A stretch of 64,000 bases of DNA from a virus, in the IMG/VR virus record IMGVR_UViG_3300044959_000131, positions 112,946 through 176,945 of that record. One strand, given 5' to 3'. The notes below the pieces were generated by a model. The model saw only the letters and a program-made list of their open reading frames with translations, was not told the origin of the DNA and made no database searches. Below, in pieces: positions 19,951 to 30,594 of the stretch (positions are counted from its first letter, which is position 1; every line of letters begins with the position of its first letter). A program made the position numbers and the translations under genes.

Positions 19951-21762
19951 GTGACTGTCTCTGCTATCAGTGGCATCACAATCGAGGGGCAGCCTCAGCA
20001 GCTCTCGAGCTTCATCCGATCCGGGGTCGTATATGTGATGTGGCACACGCCAATCACGAACACCCTGAAGCGTCTGAGCTGGAAGCCGCATGACGCCCCG
20101 AACTTCGCGGAAGTCAGTCCTCAACTCGGAGGCCTGTTCAACAACCTATCGGCTCTATACGATCCTGCCACTGATCACGTAGTCGTCATATGGGACGATG
20201 GAACCTCCATCGACGGTAATCGAGATGGGTATTTGTACTCAGCTCGATTCAATCCAACGACTGGTGCCCTAGTATCCGGTCCTGTATCCCTCTTCCCAGG
20301 CTCAAATCCACGATTGGCGTATCGGCAGGGACAGGTCGGTGACTGGCTTCTCTACTACAGGACGGCACGCAATGGCGGCGTCTATGGAAGAGTCAGCAAG
20401 AATGGAGGTCTGACCTGGGAATCTGGTTACCCATTGCTCAACAACAAGGTCGCCGATACGAAATCCATAGAAGTCGTTTCGTTCTCATCCCAGAATGCGT
20501 CTATTGCTCAGATTGGAACGGAGACACGAAAGCTGAAAGAGGTATTCACTCTTATTCGAACAAGACCTCTCACAAGCATCGTCAAGCATCCAACGCTTCC
20601 TAATCAGTTTTTCCTTGGCGAGCCGTCGAAGTTAAATGACTTGACTCTGACGGACAACCTTAGAGGAGCACTCGTTCTATCAACAGACAACACGAAGCTC
20701 TACCATCTCGATGGGATCCAGCAAGGAACATCCGATGGAATTGGCGCCGTCTCGAAGATGATCGTCACTGGTATCGTCCCGTCCATTGTTGCCTCTGCTG
20801 GTCCAACAGGGAATGGTGACGATGTCAATGAGTATACTCTTACGCCGAGCGCAGGAACGCTGAATGTAGACCTTCCAGGAACATCATGTGCTGTCTCTCT
20901 CGGCGTTTCCGCTTCATATGGATATGTTGCCCAGTACGCAGACAACTCCTCAACGGCGGGTCAGTTTGTTGTCGTTAACCTTTCCACAGGAGCAACTGCA
21001 ACTGCTCTCACTGGCATTCAAGGAGTCAGGGCTATTGCAGTAGCGAACTTCCTATCTCCAGCTCTTATCTTCGTCGCTACGACAGAGGCTGGGGTTGAGA
21101 GACTTCGTGTCTACCAAGAGAATGCTCTTTCTCCAACGCTACTCCTGAATACGAAGCTCAACTCCAGGGCCAACGCCCTTACCGTGGTTATAGATCCAGC
21201 GAACCCAAGTGGCGCACTGATCTACGCTTCACTTACAGACAGGTTCAACATCTACAAATACACGAACCCTTCGAAGCCTCTCATTTTACTCGACACAATT
21301 ACTCTTCCAGGCGGCGGGACCTTCTTTCAGTCTCAAATTGCTTCAAACGGAAACATCGTCGTCGCTTGCGGAAACGCAGGCGTGATGGTGATGGATCCAG
21401 ACGGAAAAATCCTTGCCCAAGTTACGCTTTCCGGAAAGGTCGTCGAGCAGTGGAGGCCTCAAACAGCTTACGCATTGAACGCCCTTGTGCGTCCAAGGGA
21501 CGTTCATCAGTTTTCAAGAAGCCGGTACTACTTCAAGGTCACAACCGCAGGAACTTCTGGAAAGTCTGAACCTCTCTGGGCGGCTAGTGGAACCGTATCT
21601 GACAACACAGTTGCTTGGCAGGCTGTTGGTGTAATGGACGGATATGCCACAGGCCTCGCCATCGATGAAGACACAAAGAGGATATACGCTGTTGGAACCG
21701 CCGGAGGACCATTGGGCACAGACGGCAGAGTGTGGTTGATTACAGCCAGTGGGTTACTCTGA
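19951..21762 (+). CDS. Beta-propeller-like virion protein with C-terminal carbohydrate-binding-like module
   Basis: Repeated short beta strands; WRPQTAYALNALVRP...YFKVTTAGTSGKSEPLW...TVSDNTVAW motif; GTG start. Confidence 0.6.
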   Translation: MTVSAISGITIEGQPQQLSSFIRSGVVYVMWHTPITNTLKRLSWKPHDAPNFAEVSPQLGGLFNNLSALYDPATDHVVVIWDDGTSIDGNRDGYLYSARFNPTTGALVSGPVSLFPGSNPRLAYRQGQVGDWLLYYRTARNGGVYGRVSKNGGLTWESGYPLLNNKVADTKSIEVVSFSSQNASIAQIGTETRKLKEVFTLIRTRPLTSIVKHPTLPNQFFLGEPSKLNDLTLTDNLRGALVLSTDNTKLYHLDGIQQGTSDGIGAVSKMIVTGIVPSIVASAGPTGNGDDVNEYTLTPSAGTLNVDLPGTSCAVSLGVSASYGYVAQYADNSSTAGQFVVVNLSTGATATALTGIQGVRAIAVANFLSPALIFVATTEAGVERLRVYQENALSPTLLLNTKLNSRANALTVVIDPANPSGALIYASLTDRFNIYKYTNPSKPLILLDTITLPGGGTFFQSQIASNGNIVVACGNAGVMVMDPDGKILAQVTLSGKVVEQWRPQTAYALNALVRPRDVHQFSRSRYYFKVTTAGTSGKSEPLWAASGTVSDNTVAWQAVGVMDGYATGLAIDEDTKRIYAVGTAGGPLGTDGRVWLITASGLL

Positions 21763-21911
21763 TGGCCGATCTATTCGTAACCATAGTATCTATTGTTCCG
21801 AAACCATCGACCTTCACAGTCGACAAGCCGAAGGACGATAAGGGAAATAGTCTCAGCAACGGGACATTTACCGGTCTGCAACAGGGCCAGCTTCAGACGC
21901 CCGGTAAGTGA
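21762..21911 (+). CDS. 49-aa hypothetical protein missing from the ORF track (MADLFVTIVS...TPGK)
   Basis: TGATG coupling to the upstream stop; ends just before the next SD. Confidence 0.5.
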   Translation: MADLFVTIVSIVPKPSTFTVDKPKDDKGNSLSNGTFTGLQQGQLQTPGK

Positions 21912-21923
21912 AAGGAGAGTGCC

Positions 21924-23231
21924 ATGCCATTCCCAGTCACAGCAAGGTACTTCCTGAACTTCAGAAACTCAGATACTGGACTGACTCCGACGTTCATTTT
22001 TTTCAAGCAGGCAGTCGCTCCGTTCAACGACGTGCCACCTCCGACGGTTTTCGAGCGTAGCAACGGCATGTACTGGTTCGACTGGACATGGATGACGCCG
22101 ACGGACGTAGACATCATCTTCGAGGTCGATGGTGGCCCATCAATCCCAACGGAAGAGGTCCGTTACATCAAAGGCGTCATCAGTCCAAGAGACAGATTCC
22201 TAGATGAGCCAATTTCTCAAGTCGTCACAGACGTCTGGACAGACAGTGCATCGTACGCTGCCGGACAAAAGGGAAAGAGAGTCGATGATATCGGATCGTC
22301 AAGCGACACGAGTTCTACTCCATCTCTGTTTGGTAAGGCGCTTCTCTATAAAGAGAACATTCGCGGCGACGCTCCAGGACTGTCCGACGGAAACAGCATC
22401 AAGCAGGTCTACACTCGCATTGGAGCTCCTGTCTCGTCGGACATCTCAACAGACATAGCGAATGTTCAATCAACAGCCAATACGATAAACACCAAACTTG
22501 GCACACCAGCAGGCCCGTCCGTCTCTGCCGATATAGCCAACGTAAAGTCTGACACGGCTGCCATCAAACTGAAAACTGATAACCTTCCAACAGACCCGGC
22601 CAGTCAGTCCGCGACTAATACGAGCATCACGAACGCTGTAGCGAGTATCAAAGGAGCGGATTCGAGAGACTTGACTCAGATTGCAGGAGCTGGAGCGTTC
22701 ATTCCTGGAGTCGACAACCTGCATCAGATCAAGAGCTCGATTTCGCCACCGAGTGCCATTGCCGGGGCCGTATTCGACGAGTTGTTGGCAGGTCACACGA
22801 TCCCAGGAAGCGCTGGAGAGAAGCTAGCTTCGACGGCATCATCAGCTGACGTTTTGTCCGCTCAGGCCTCTATCAAAGGCGCAGGTGATATAGACAACAC
22901 TCAGACCTACAACCGCCTCGGCGCTCCTTCTGGGGCTTCGATTTCCGATGACATTGCATCCATCAAGAGCGACACCTCATCTATTAGCACTGGTACAGCC
23001 TCCATCGCAGCCAAACTGACGAGGGCTCTCGGTCTAATGCACGAAAACTCTGTCCTCGACAATACCGTATTCGACGGCAACAATAACCTGACGAGTGCAC
23101 GTCTTAGAATCTACGATTCGAAGGCGAATGCGCTTATCGCCGGAGCGACTGGTCTTCTTCACACGTACACCATTTCGGCATCATACGTTGGTGAGAACGT
23201 TCAGACGTACACAGTCGTACTTGAACCATGA
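21924..23231 (+). CDS. Virion structural protein with three internal helical repeats
   Basis: SD AAGGAG; repeats of R/K-[IL]G[AT]P.....IS.DIA.[VI][QK]S. Confidence 0.6.
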   Translation: MPFPVTARYFLNFRNSDTGLTPTFIFFKQAVAPFNDVPPPTVFERSNGMYWFDWTWMTPTDVDIIFEVDGGPSIPTEEVRYIKGVISPRDRFLDEPISQVVTDVWTDSASYAAGQKGKRVDDIGSSSDTSSTPSLFGKALLYKENIRGDAPGLSDGNSIKQVYTRIGAPVSSDISTDIANVQSTANTINTKLGTPAGPSVSADIANVKSDTAAIKLKTDNLPTDPASQSATNTSITNAVASIKGADSRDLTQIAGAGAFIPGVDNLHQIKSSISPPSAIAGAVFDELLAGHTIPGSAGEKLASTASSADVLSAQASIKGAGDIDNTQTYNRLGAPSGASISDDIASIKSDTSSISTGTASIAAKLTRALGLMHENSVLDNTVFDGNNNLTSARLRIYDSKANALIAGATGLLHTYTISASYVGENVQTYTVVLEP

Positions 23232-24136
23232 TATCAATCACCAAGCTAGTAGTCAGGTCTTTTACGCTCGACTACTTGGACATCTTCTGGGAGATTTCTC
23301 CATTGGCTGGCCCGACCGTCGAGGGCCAGCCTCACGAAATATTCGATTATGATTTCTACGTACTAAGAGCTGAGGCTCCAGCAGGTCCGTACCAGCAGAT
23401 TGGAGGACCTTTCAGAGATACGTACTCATTTCGAGATTTGAGGATCAATCTTCTCCATAAGTGGAGATCTCTGCACTACAAAATCAAGATTGTTCACAGA
23501 CCGACTGGAGAGACCACAGAGTCCAATCCAGCCAGTAGCAACGATCCGGAGCCAGATCTCATTGCAGAAGAAATTAATCGTCTTGAAGACATCCTCTTCC
23601 GTGAGTTCATTGGCCGCAAATGTTGGCTTTTCCCAGTCCGTACATTCGGACCTCTTTGTACGTGCGTAGACCCTGTCTTGAAGAGGAGAGCCCGGTCGAA
23701 TCACGCGCTCTGCTTTGGAACAGGATGGCTTGGAGGATACCACAATCCGGTCGAGTGTTATGTTCAGTTCGACCCATCCGCGAAGCAGACGATGCCTAAT
23801 TCTCTTCAAGAACAACAACCTAGCAATACCTCGGCGAGACTCATCTCCTTCCCACCTGTCTCTCCACGAGACATACTCGTCGAGTCAGAAAACAGGCGGT
23901 GGCGTGTCGTTTCCGTCACTACGACTCAGAGGTTGAGGTCGTCTCTTCATCAAGAGCTTACTCTGCACGAGATTCCACGTGGAGACATTGAGTACGAATT
24001 ACCGGTGAAGGTGGACGTCAAAGGGCTGGTGCCGTCGGCGGAACGAAACTTCACCAATCCCCATAATGTGGAGCGAGACGGTGACTATCAGGACATTTTC
24101 GCTTTCTTCGGTCACGCTCGAGGCACTCAGCGATGA
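23228..24136 (+). CDS. Putative head-closure/neck protein with Cys/His cluster
   Basis: CTCVD...HALCFGTGWLGGY; located just upstream of tail completion and sheath genes. Confidence 0.5.
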   Translation: MISITKLVVRSFTLDYLDIFWEISPLAGPTVEGQPHEIFDYDFYVLRAEAPAGPYQQIGGPFRDTYSFRDLRINLLHKWRSLHYKIKIVHRPTGETTESNPASSNDPEPDLIAEEINRLEDILFREFIGRKCWLFPVRTFGPLCTCVDPVLKRRARSNHALCFGTGWLGGYHNPVECYVQFDPSAKQTMPNSLQEQQPSNTSARLISFPPVSPRDILVESENRRWRVVSVTTTQRLRSSLHQELTLHEIPRGDIEYELPVKVDVKGLVPSAERNFTNPHNVERDGDYQDIFAFFGHARGTQR

Positions 24137-24428
24137 GCTGATGAAAATTGCTGCTGCCCAAGAAGCCAAAGAAACCCAACAAAGCCGGAGAGACCGACTA
24201 AAGAAGTATTTGAAATCTACAGCGCTCATCAGTGCCGGTGCTGGTGTTGGATACGGCGCTGGAATGATTGCCGAGAAAGCATTCGAGAAGCTATTCGGTC
24301 CGAAGTGGAACTCACTACCATTGTCTTCAAAATTACGAATTCTTGGAGCTGCGGCAGGTGCGGCCTCTGTTGGTGCATTGGCTGCCCGTGAATGGCTCGC
24401 TCACGAACGTAGCGAGGCGCTAAAATGA
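24081..24428 (+). CDS. Small glycine-zipper putative internal head protein (LSDELMKIA motif)
   Basis: Likely GTG start at 24081 in the frame of the 24066 ORF; two Gly/Ala hydrophobic segments. Confidence 0.5.
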   Translation: MTIRTFSLSSVTLEALSDELMKIAAAQEAKETQQSRRDRLKKYLKSTALISAGAGVGYGAGMIAEKAFEKLFGPKWNSLPLSSKLRILGAAAGAASVGALAAREWLAHERSEALK

Positions 24429-25228
24429 GCATCAAGGTCCCATCAGGACTTCCGCAACCTCAAGGGCCAGGTGAAGACCCCCTCCTACATTACACGAAGG
24501 TATTCGTCAGGTTCCTTCAAGCTGTATTCGCTACATTCGAGAAGGGTGCCTATCGATGGGTGGATGACGAGGCCACCTCTGACATCATCATCACGGACCA
24601 AGCCACCATCGCAAGAGAAGTCGTCGAGAAGAGACCGGCAATCATTCTAACCAGAGGACCGGCCTCTTTCGGCAACATCTCGATGAATCAGTTTGCAGGA
24701 CCAGGTCCTCTCCCCCGAACAAGGGGGGCCGATTTGAAGTACCCAAACCTAGATCCTGAAACAGGCACCAAACGGTACACGGACCTCGTTGCCTGCACGA
24801 TGACCTACAACTGTCTTTCGAAAGAAGGTCTCGAAGCCCAGAGAATCGCTTGGATTTCCATGATGGCGACGAGACGCCTGAAGTCCTCTCTCATGAACTC
24901 CGGTATACACCGGGTGGGTGAGGAGATGCAGGTTGGGTCAGAGTCGTCTCCTGGAGCCATCGTCCAGCCAGAGTCTGACAACGAAATCACAATGGTCTCG
25001 GTCTCGGTTCCGTTCTACTTCCAGGACTTCTGGTCCATTGGACCCAAAGATAAATTGCTTCTCAAACACATCGACCTGGCCTTAACGTCATCCCTAAACT
25101 ACCCGGCTCCAGGAGCCGTGACGATTCGTGAACCAGGGATGAACGGTAAAGTTCTCACGTACGACAAGACACTTTCACTCGTACAGCGGGTCCGTACTCA
25201 AGTTGGCACTCCGAAGCCAAGGAAGTAG
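24425..25228 (+). CDS. Putative tail completion/terminator protein
   Basis: KRPAIILTRG...LVACTMTYNCLSKEGLEAQRIA pattern; directly precedes the sheath gene. Confidence 0.55.
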   Translation: MSIKVPSGLPQPQGPGEDPLLHYTKVFVRFLQAVFATFEKGAYRWVDDEATSDIIITDQATIAREVVEKRPAIILTRGPASFGNISMNQFAGPGPLPRTRGADLKYPNLDPETGTKRYTDLVACTMTYNCLSKEGLEAQRIAWISMMATRRLKSSLMNSGIHRVGEEMQVGSESSPGAIVQPESDNEITMVSVSVPFYFQDFWSIGPKDKLLLKHIDLALTSSLNYPAPGAVTIREPGMNGKVLTYDKTLSLVQRVRTQVGTPKPRK

Positions 25229-25253
25229 ATGAAAAGGTAAAAGGAGCGCAAAG

Positions 25254-28200
25254 ATGGCAGAGCTTCTCAGACCAGGCGTAGAGGTCATTCAAACCCTTCG
25301 CAATCAGTCACCGACCTTCATCAGGCCGACATTGGTTCCGTGCATCGTCGGTCCTGCGTTCGAAATCATCAATGTCCTGAACACCGACGGAACTATCAAC
25401 TCCAAGGCGAAGTACGGTGCATATTCTCAAATCGGGAAGACCATCACCCAGAGTGCCTTTCCAGATCATCGCGGTAACATCGATGAGCTTGATATCATCG
25501 AGAGCTCCATTCGACCCTTCATCCTCGCTGGTGGGAGCCTGTCTGAGCTCCTGATGAATCCTGGAGAGTCTTTCCTTGCGACGAGTCATGTATCGTCGAA
25601 GCCAGCTATTCTAACTACTAATTTCAGCGGCCCGGCTGGCCTACCAATCGTTGGTACGGTTCTCGTTATCAGCCTCGACAATCCAGTCCCTGCTGATACT
25701 AGCCGAGACATCACCATCACTTTCAAGGGAACCGGTCCAACCCTCACAGCGGCTCAGTGTGCCGAGCAAATCAACGAAGCTGTTGGACAGGAAATTGCTT
25801 CCGTTGTCGGAAGCGCGCCGAACGATAAGGTTCTATTGACAACCCCTCGTGCTGGTGCGAAGAGCTCTATTACGATTCGTGCCGGAGCATCTGCAAATGG
25901 AATTCTCGGCATTGGTGACTCGGGCGAGGAGCGTGTCGTTGGTTCCGGATACAGAGCTCAAGACGACAATGACAACGATACAACTTCTCCATGGATTGAA
26001 TTCTACCGTGGAGCCTACTTCCTGAACGGTGCTGAGCCACCAGCGTTCCCATCAAAGGCTGGTCTCATAAATGTCGAGACAGGTGTGTTCTCTGTTGGCA
26101 AAGCAGCCGCCATTACCTTCGGCGAATCCGGAACGATTCCGTTGAAGGTTGGCGACTTGATGTTCGGAGACGGCGTCAAGGTCAAGAATGCGGAAGTGAT
26201 GAAGGTAGAGTCGGACCGGTTCCGACTCGGCACTGTCAACACGACACTCTCGACAGCCGACTCCAATGGTCGGTACATCACGAAGGTATACGACCCTGTC
26301 GAAGTCGAAACCCTTTTTGATGACAACCCATTCTCTCCTCAGTATGTCTGGTTCAAGGCGGCAAATCTTTTCCCTTCTGAACTATCTCCCGTAGCTGCGT
26401 CAGTTACTGGAACTAACACCGGCTCGGCGGCAACCAAAGCAGAAGTCAAATCTTCAGCTGCCATCACTGTCCCAGTATCGCTTGCTGGACTTAAGATTCA
26501 CTATGTATCGACTATCAATGGAGTCGATACAGAAGGGGAATTCACATTCACAGGCGGTCCTTTCGGTACAGTTAACGCTATCGCCTCGGCCATCGGGACA
26601 AATATTCCGGGAGTAAGTGCAGTGGAAGGTTCCGGTCCCGACTCTGGAAAGCTTGTTCTCGAGAGCATTCTGACTGGTCGCAACCAGGCCATCAGAATCA
26701 AGGCTGACGGAACCGCAAACGCCGCTTTGAATTTTAGTACTACATCTGACACGGTTGGGACTGGAAAAGATGTAGAGTTTGCAGGTCTGAATGGGAAAAC
26801 ATTGTCGTTCACCCTTGACAAGAACCCTCACGTCTATTCAGTCACATTCTCTTCAGACAGCCTCGACATCGCCGTTGACGAAATCAATTCCGTTGTAGGT
26901 GCTAACGTTGCATCGAAGGCAGGTGCCGGTCTTGACCGCCTCAAGCTGACGTCCACGTTGAAGGGCGCAGCATCTGAGGTAAGAGTCTACCATAGTCCGG
27001 CAGCAGATGCAGATACCGTATTTGGCCTTTCGACGTTGCCTGCTGCTGGTTCCGGCCGTCCGTATCCAGATGCCTATCTCGACGGCGTAAACAACTTGGT
27101 CATTGGCTCACAGATCCTGCGTGACCAGGTTACAGGCTATCCGCTGGACTTCGCGACGAACTCCGGTGACCTCTACATCCAGTTCAAGGGCCTCAGAAAG
27201 GATGTCTCGCCAGCTGCCAAAGTCGCCGGGGTTCTCAGAATCCCAGACCAGGCAACTCTCGCATCTGTTCTCGACCCTCTAACTGAAGAGAACCCACTTG
27301 GTTTGGCTCTCTTCATGTGCCTCATCAATGCCCCTGGCCTGGAGGTCAAAGGACTGGGGGTCGATGAAATCAGTGCGTCGGCTCCTGAAGGAACAGAGGC
27401 CGCATATGCTCGTGCAGCAGGGTTCCTCGAGTCAGAGGAAGTCTACGCAATCGCTCCCCTGACACATAACGAAGTCGTCCACGGTATCTGGTCAACACAC
27501 GTCGTGGCGATGTCCGCCCCTGAACAAGGGGGAGAGCGCATCGTCTTCATCAACAAGAAGATGCCTGTCGAGGCCAATCCTATCGTGGCGGCCTCTGGTA
27601 CGAAGGCTAACAGCACCGCGACGAACAACCAGATGCTGCTTGATGTGAATCCAGCAGCAGGATTGGTGGCAGCAGGAATCAACCCTGCCCTCCCAATTCC
27701 CGTCTCAGCTGGCGTCTTCATGGAGTTCGAGGTCAATGGAGAGTTCCGCAGGTACAATGTGTCCAGCGTTTCAGGCTCGCTGGTCAACCTGAACGTAACG
27801 TTCACCGGTTCCCAGAATACGGACGGCTTCTACACCACAACGGCACTTACCGAGACAGTAGTGAATGCCTCGTGGTCGTTGAAGGTCCGTGGAAAGAGCC
27901 TGATTATTCCTGGCTCAAACCCGCCTCGACTCGATTACAGCCTGGTAGCAGAGACGGTCGCGCAGGCAAACTCCGGTATCAAGAACCGTCGCCTGTACTC
28001 CGTCTTCCCGGACACCATCAAGACGACCATTGGTGGTGTCGAGAAGAGATTGCCGGGCTACTACGCATGCGCAGCCATCGCTGGCATGTGCGCAGGACAG
28101 CCTCCTCAACAGGGCTTCACCAACTTCCCAATCGTTGGACTGACAGGCGTAGTTGGTACAGAGAAGTTCTCCAAGAAGCAGCTAAACAACATGGCAGGAG

Positions 28201-28571
28201 GCGGAACCTACATCCTCATCCAGGATGTCCAAGGAGGTCCCGTTTCGAGCCGCCATCAAGTCTCGACTGACCTCACCAGCATCGAGACTCGTGAGCTTTC
28301 CATCACGAAGGTCGTCGACTTCACAGCAAAGTTCCTACGATCTTCGATCAAGAAGTTCATTGGCGTTCAGACCATCAATGAGCAATTCCTGGACACCGTT
28401 GGAACCACCATTCAGGGAATCCTGAACTTCTTGGTCGAGACCGGCGTGTTGAATGGTGCTGAGCTCAATAACATCCTCCAGGACGAGGAGAACCCGGATA
28501 CAGTACTGGTGGATATCACGCTCGATGTCCCGTACCCGGCCAACTACATCAGGCTGACACTGGTGGTGTAA
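25254..28571 (+). CDS. Contractile tail sheath protein (1105 aa, with insertion domains)
   Basis: N-terminal LRPGVEV; C-terminal RELSITKVVDF...LNNILQDEENPDTVLVDITLDVPYPANYIRLTLVV typical of sheath domain I. Confidence 0.85.
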   Translation: MAELLRPGVEVIQTLRNQSPTFIRPTLVPCIVGPAFEIINVLNTDGTINSKAKYGAYSQIGKTITQSAFPDHRGNIDELDIIESSIRPFILAGGSLSELLMNPGESFLATSHVSSKPAILTTNFSGPAGLPIVGTVLVISLDNPVPADTSRDITITFKGTGPTLTAAQCAEQINEAVGQEIASVVGSAPNDKVLLTTPRAGAKSSITIRAGASANGILGIGDSGEERVVGSGYRAQDDNDNDTTSPWIEFYRGAYFLNGAEPPAFPSKAGLINVETGVFSVGKAAAITFGESGTIPLKVGDLMFGDGVKVKNAEVMKVESDRFRLGTVNTTLSTADSNGRYITKVYDPVEVETLFDDNPFSPQYVWFKAANLFPSELSPVAASVTGTNTGSAATKAEVKSSAAITVPVSLAGLKIHYVSTINGVDTEGEFTFTGGPFGTVNAIASAIGTNIPGVSAVEGSGPDSGKLVLESILTGRNQAIRIKADGTANAALNFSTTSDTVGTGKDVEFAGLNGKTLSFTLDKNPHVYSVTFSSDSLDIAVDEINSVVGANVASKAGAGLDRLKLTSTLKGAASEVRVYHSPAADADTVFGLSTLPAAGSGRPYPDAYLDGVNNLVIGSQILRDQVTGYPLDFATNSGDLYIQFKGLRKDVSPAAKVAGVLRIPDQATLASVLDPLTEENPLGLALFMCLINAPGLEVKGLGVDEISASAPEGTEAAYARAAGFLESEEVYAIAPLTHNEVVHGIWSTHVVAMSAPEQGGERIVFINKKMPVEANPIVAASGTKANSTATNNQMLLDVNPAAGLVAAGINPALPIPVSAGVFMEFEVNGEFRRYNVSSVSGSLVNLNVTFTGSQNTDGFYTTTALTETVVNASWSLKVRGKSLIIPGSNPPRLDYSLVAETVAQANSGIKNRRLYSVFPDTIKTTIGGVEKRLPGYYACAAIAGMCAGQPPQQGFTNFPIVGLTGVVGTEKFSKKQLNNMAGGGTYILIQDVQGGPVSSRHQVSTDLTSIETRELSITKVVDFTAKFLRSSIKKFIGVQTINEQFLDTVGTTIQGILNFLVETGVLNGAELNNILQDEENPDTVLVDITLDVPYPANYIRLTLVV

Positions 28572-28601
28572 ACCGATCGAAAGAACTGAGGAGAACGAAT
28601 C

Positions 28602-28988
28602 ATGGCACTCTCTGCAAATATAATGGCGTACCTGAAGCACCTCGCCGCTGCTGGCGACATGATTTCCAAGGCTCTCATCGAAGGCAGCAGCGACCTGAGA
28701 CTCTCGGCTGGTGCCGAGGCGGCGGACGTAATCAAGGTGACTGGTCAGGTTACTGACAAGGCCAGTCAGGTCGTAGTCAAGTCAATTCCGGTTTCGGGGG
28801 AGGGAACAATGACGGATGGAGGGGCTGGAACCGTCGTCGCTGGCTCTGGGAGCAAAGAGGTCTGGGTCCAGCCGGACGCTACTGGAAAGTTCGAGTTGAA
28901 CGTTCTCAACACTGCTGCTGAGAACAACCTCATCATGGCCACGACGAGCAGCGGAGACGTATCGATGCTCGTTCTCACCTTCTCATGA
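28602..28988 (+). CDS. Small beta-rich virion protein between sheath and tube
   Basis: SD GAGGAG; 128 aa. Confidence 0.55.
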   Translation: MALSANIMAYLKHLAAAGDMISKALIEGSSDLRLSAGAEAADVIKVTGQVTDKASQVVVKSIPVSGEGTMTDGGAGTVVAGSGSKEVWVQPDATGKFELNVLNTAAENNLIMATTSSGDVSMLVLTFS

Positions 28989-29028
28989 TGACGGTGTAGA
29001 CTCGTATCGAACCTCTTGGAGGTCTTGA

Positions 29029-29763
29029 ATGGCAACCATCACAAATTGGCAGCCATACACTCAGAAGGTCGATAACTCGGCTCTCAGGGAGGGCCGGTTC
29101 GCTTCTGGTGCGTTTACGATGGTCGCGGCAGGACCCCCACGTCTTGCGGCCATCGGAGGTGTCGCAGCCGCAGGCGTCGATCTCTCACAGGGCTCAAAGA
29201 ACTGGGCAGTGCCGATCGGCGTCGTCCAGAACTTCAACCTGTCCCACAACAGGGCTTTCGCTCGGTTCTGGGAACTCGGATCTGAGAGGTCCTATTTCAT
29301 CTCCGGCAGAACGGTGGCCCAGGCAGCGTTCGGTCGAGTACTCTATCACGGACCATCTCTCTTGCGGGTTCTGTACTCGTTCTACTCCGACCTGCTCCCT
29401 CCGACACTGGTTCCAGCATTCCCGGCGAATGTACTGGACCAGAGCATCCCAGGTAACGTCGCCAACCAGCACGACGTCAAGATTCCTCCCGGGTTCGAGA
29501 ACATTTATCTGAACCTGGCTTCGGACCTCTTCTCACAGCCGTGCGGGCTCCTCGTTTACATGAAGGACTCGAACGAGAACACGCTCGCTGCGGTCTACCT
29601 TGAAGAGACGTACGTTCCGTCGCACACCATCGCAACGGACGCACAGGGCGTCGTCATTCAGGAGCAGGTGGCACTTCAGCCTGAGCGCGTTGTGCCGGTC
29701 GCCGTAGCCGTTCCTCAGTCTGTTAAGCTGAACTCCATCCTTTCAGAGAGTAGCGCAGCCTAG
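29029..29763 (+). CDS. Tail tube protein
   Basis: IGVVQNFNLSHNRAFARFWELGSERSYFISGRT motif; follows the sheath; followed by a terminator. Confidence 0.7.
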   Translation: MATITNWQPYTQKVDNSALREGRFASGAFTMVAAGPPRLAAIGGVAAAGVDLSQGSKNWAVPIGVVQNFNLSHNRAFARFWELGSERSYFISGRTVAQAAFGRVLYHGPSLLRVLYSFYSDLLPPTLVPAFPANVLDQSIPGNVANQHDVKIPPGFENIYLNLASDLFSQPCGLLVYMKDSNENTLAAVYLEETYVPSHTIATDAQGVVIQEQVALQPERVVPVAVAVPQSVKLNSILSESSAA

Positions 29764-29793
29764 ATCTCGCTCCTTAGAGGTTGAGGGCTAATA

Positions 29794-29825
29794 AAAAGGG
29801 GAACTCCGTGCGGAGTTCCCCTTTT
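29794..29825. terminator. Bidirectional intrinsic terminator
   Basis: AAAAGGGGAACTCC-gtgc-GGAGTTCCCCTTTT between convergent genes. Confidence 0.9.
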
Positions 29826-29844
29826 ATCTTACTTCGCAGCTCTC

Positions 29845-30051
29845 TCAGGCAGCTCGTGTAACCTTAACTGCCTGGAGACCTTTTGGGCCTTGCTCTACCT
29901 CGTACCGAACACGCTCTCCCTCGTCTAGGGTTCGAAATCCGTTCATTATGATGGCGGTGTGATGGACGAATATGTCCTTACCGCCCTCATCCGGAGTGAT
30001 GAACCCAAAGCCCTTTTTGTCGTTGAACCACTTTACTGTGCCTGTTGCCAT
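29845..30051 (-). CDS. csp: Cold-shock protein (CspA family, 68 aa)
   Basis: [20 protein letters not shown]...DIFVHHTAI contains RNP1 and RNP2; SD AGAGG before ATG 30051. Confidence 0.95.
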   Translation of the reverse strand: MATGTVKWFNDKKGFGFITPDEGGKDIFVHHTAIIMNGFRTLDEGERVRYEVEQGPKGLQAVKVTRAA

Positions 30052-30177
30052 CTTTTTTGTCCTCTTGCTGCTAAGTTCCGAAGAACTCAAGCTTATCCTC
30101 TCCTTTCTCAAAAGGTGTGCAAAGAAAAAGGGCCAGCTCTTTCGAGCCAGCCCTTCGTCTTCATGACTTGGAGCCGA

Positions 30178-30594
30178 TTACGACTGGGAAACAGCAGTCT
30201 GCGGGATGAATGGCACCGGGGCTGGAATTGCAGTCTGAACTACCTGCTCGGTCCCTTCGACCTTGCCGTTTCTCTTCTTCCTTTCCGACTTGGCCTCCGC
30301 CGTCTTGTCCTCGACCGTCGTATTGGCCTTGTCCCAGGCCTCCTCCAACTTGCCCGCCACCTTCTGGATGAGACCATCGAGGTAATTCAGCCCACCCGCC
30401 GACCGAATGGACACAAGCTCACGGAGCTGGGCCAGGAGATCTGCGGGCAGGGCCTGAACAGCAAACCCCGGGCTACCGCTTGTCGAGCGACGAGTGTACT
30501 TTCTCTTCACCCTCGGCTCGGTTGCTGCGTTCTCAACGGTATTTACATTGTTACGCCTCTTAATCTTGCTGCGGTCGTAAACTCCACGTGGCAT
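30178..30594 (-). CDS. Hypothetical protein with basic N-terminal motifs
   Basis: PRGVYDRSKIKRR and KRKYTRR; SD upstream; hairpin downstream at about 30125-30160. Confidence 0.6.
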   Translation of the reverse strand: MPRGVYDRSKIKRRNNVNTVENAATEPRVKRKYTRRSTSGSPGFAVQALPADLLAQLRELVSIRSAGGLNYLDGLIQKVAGKLEEAWDKANTTVEDKTAEAKSERKKRNGKVEGTEQVVQTAIPAPVPFIPQTAVSQS

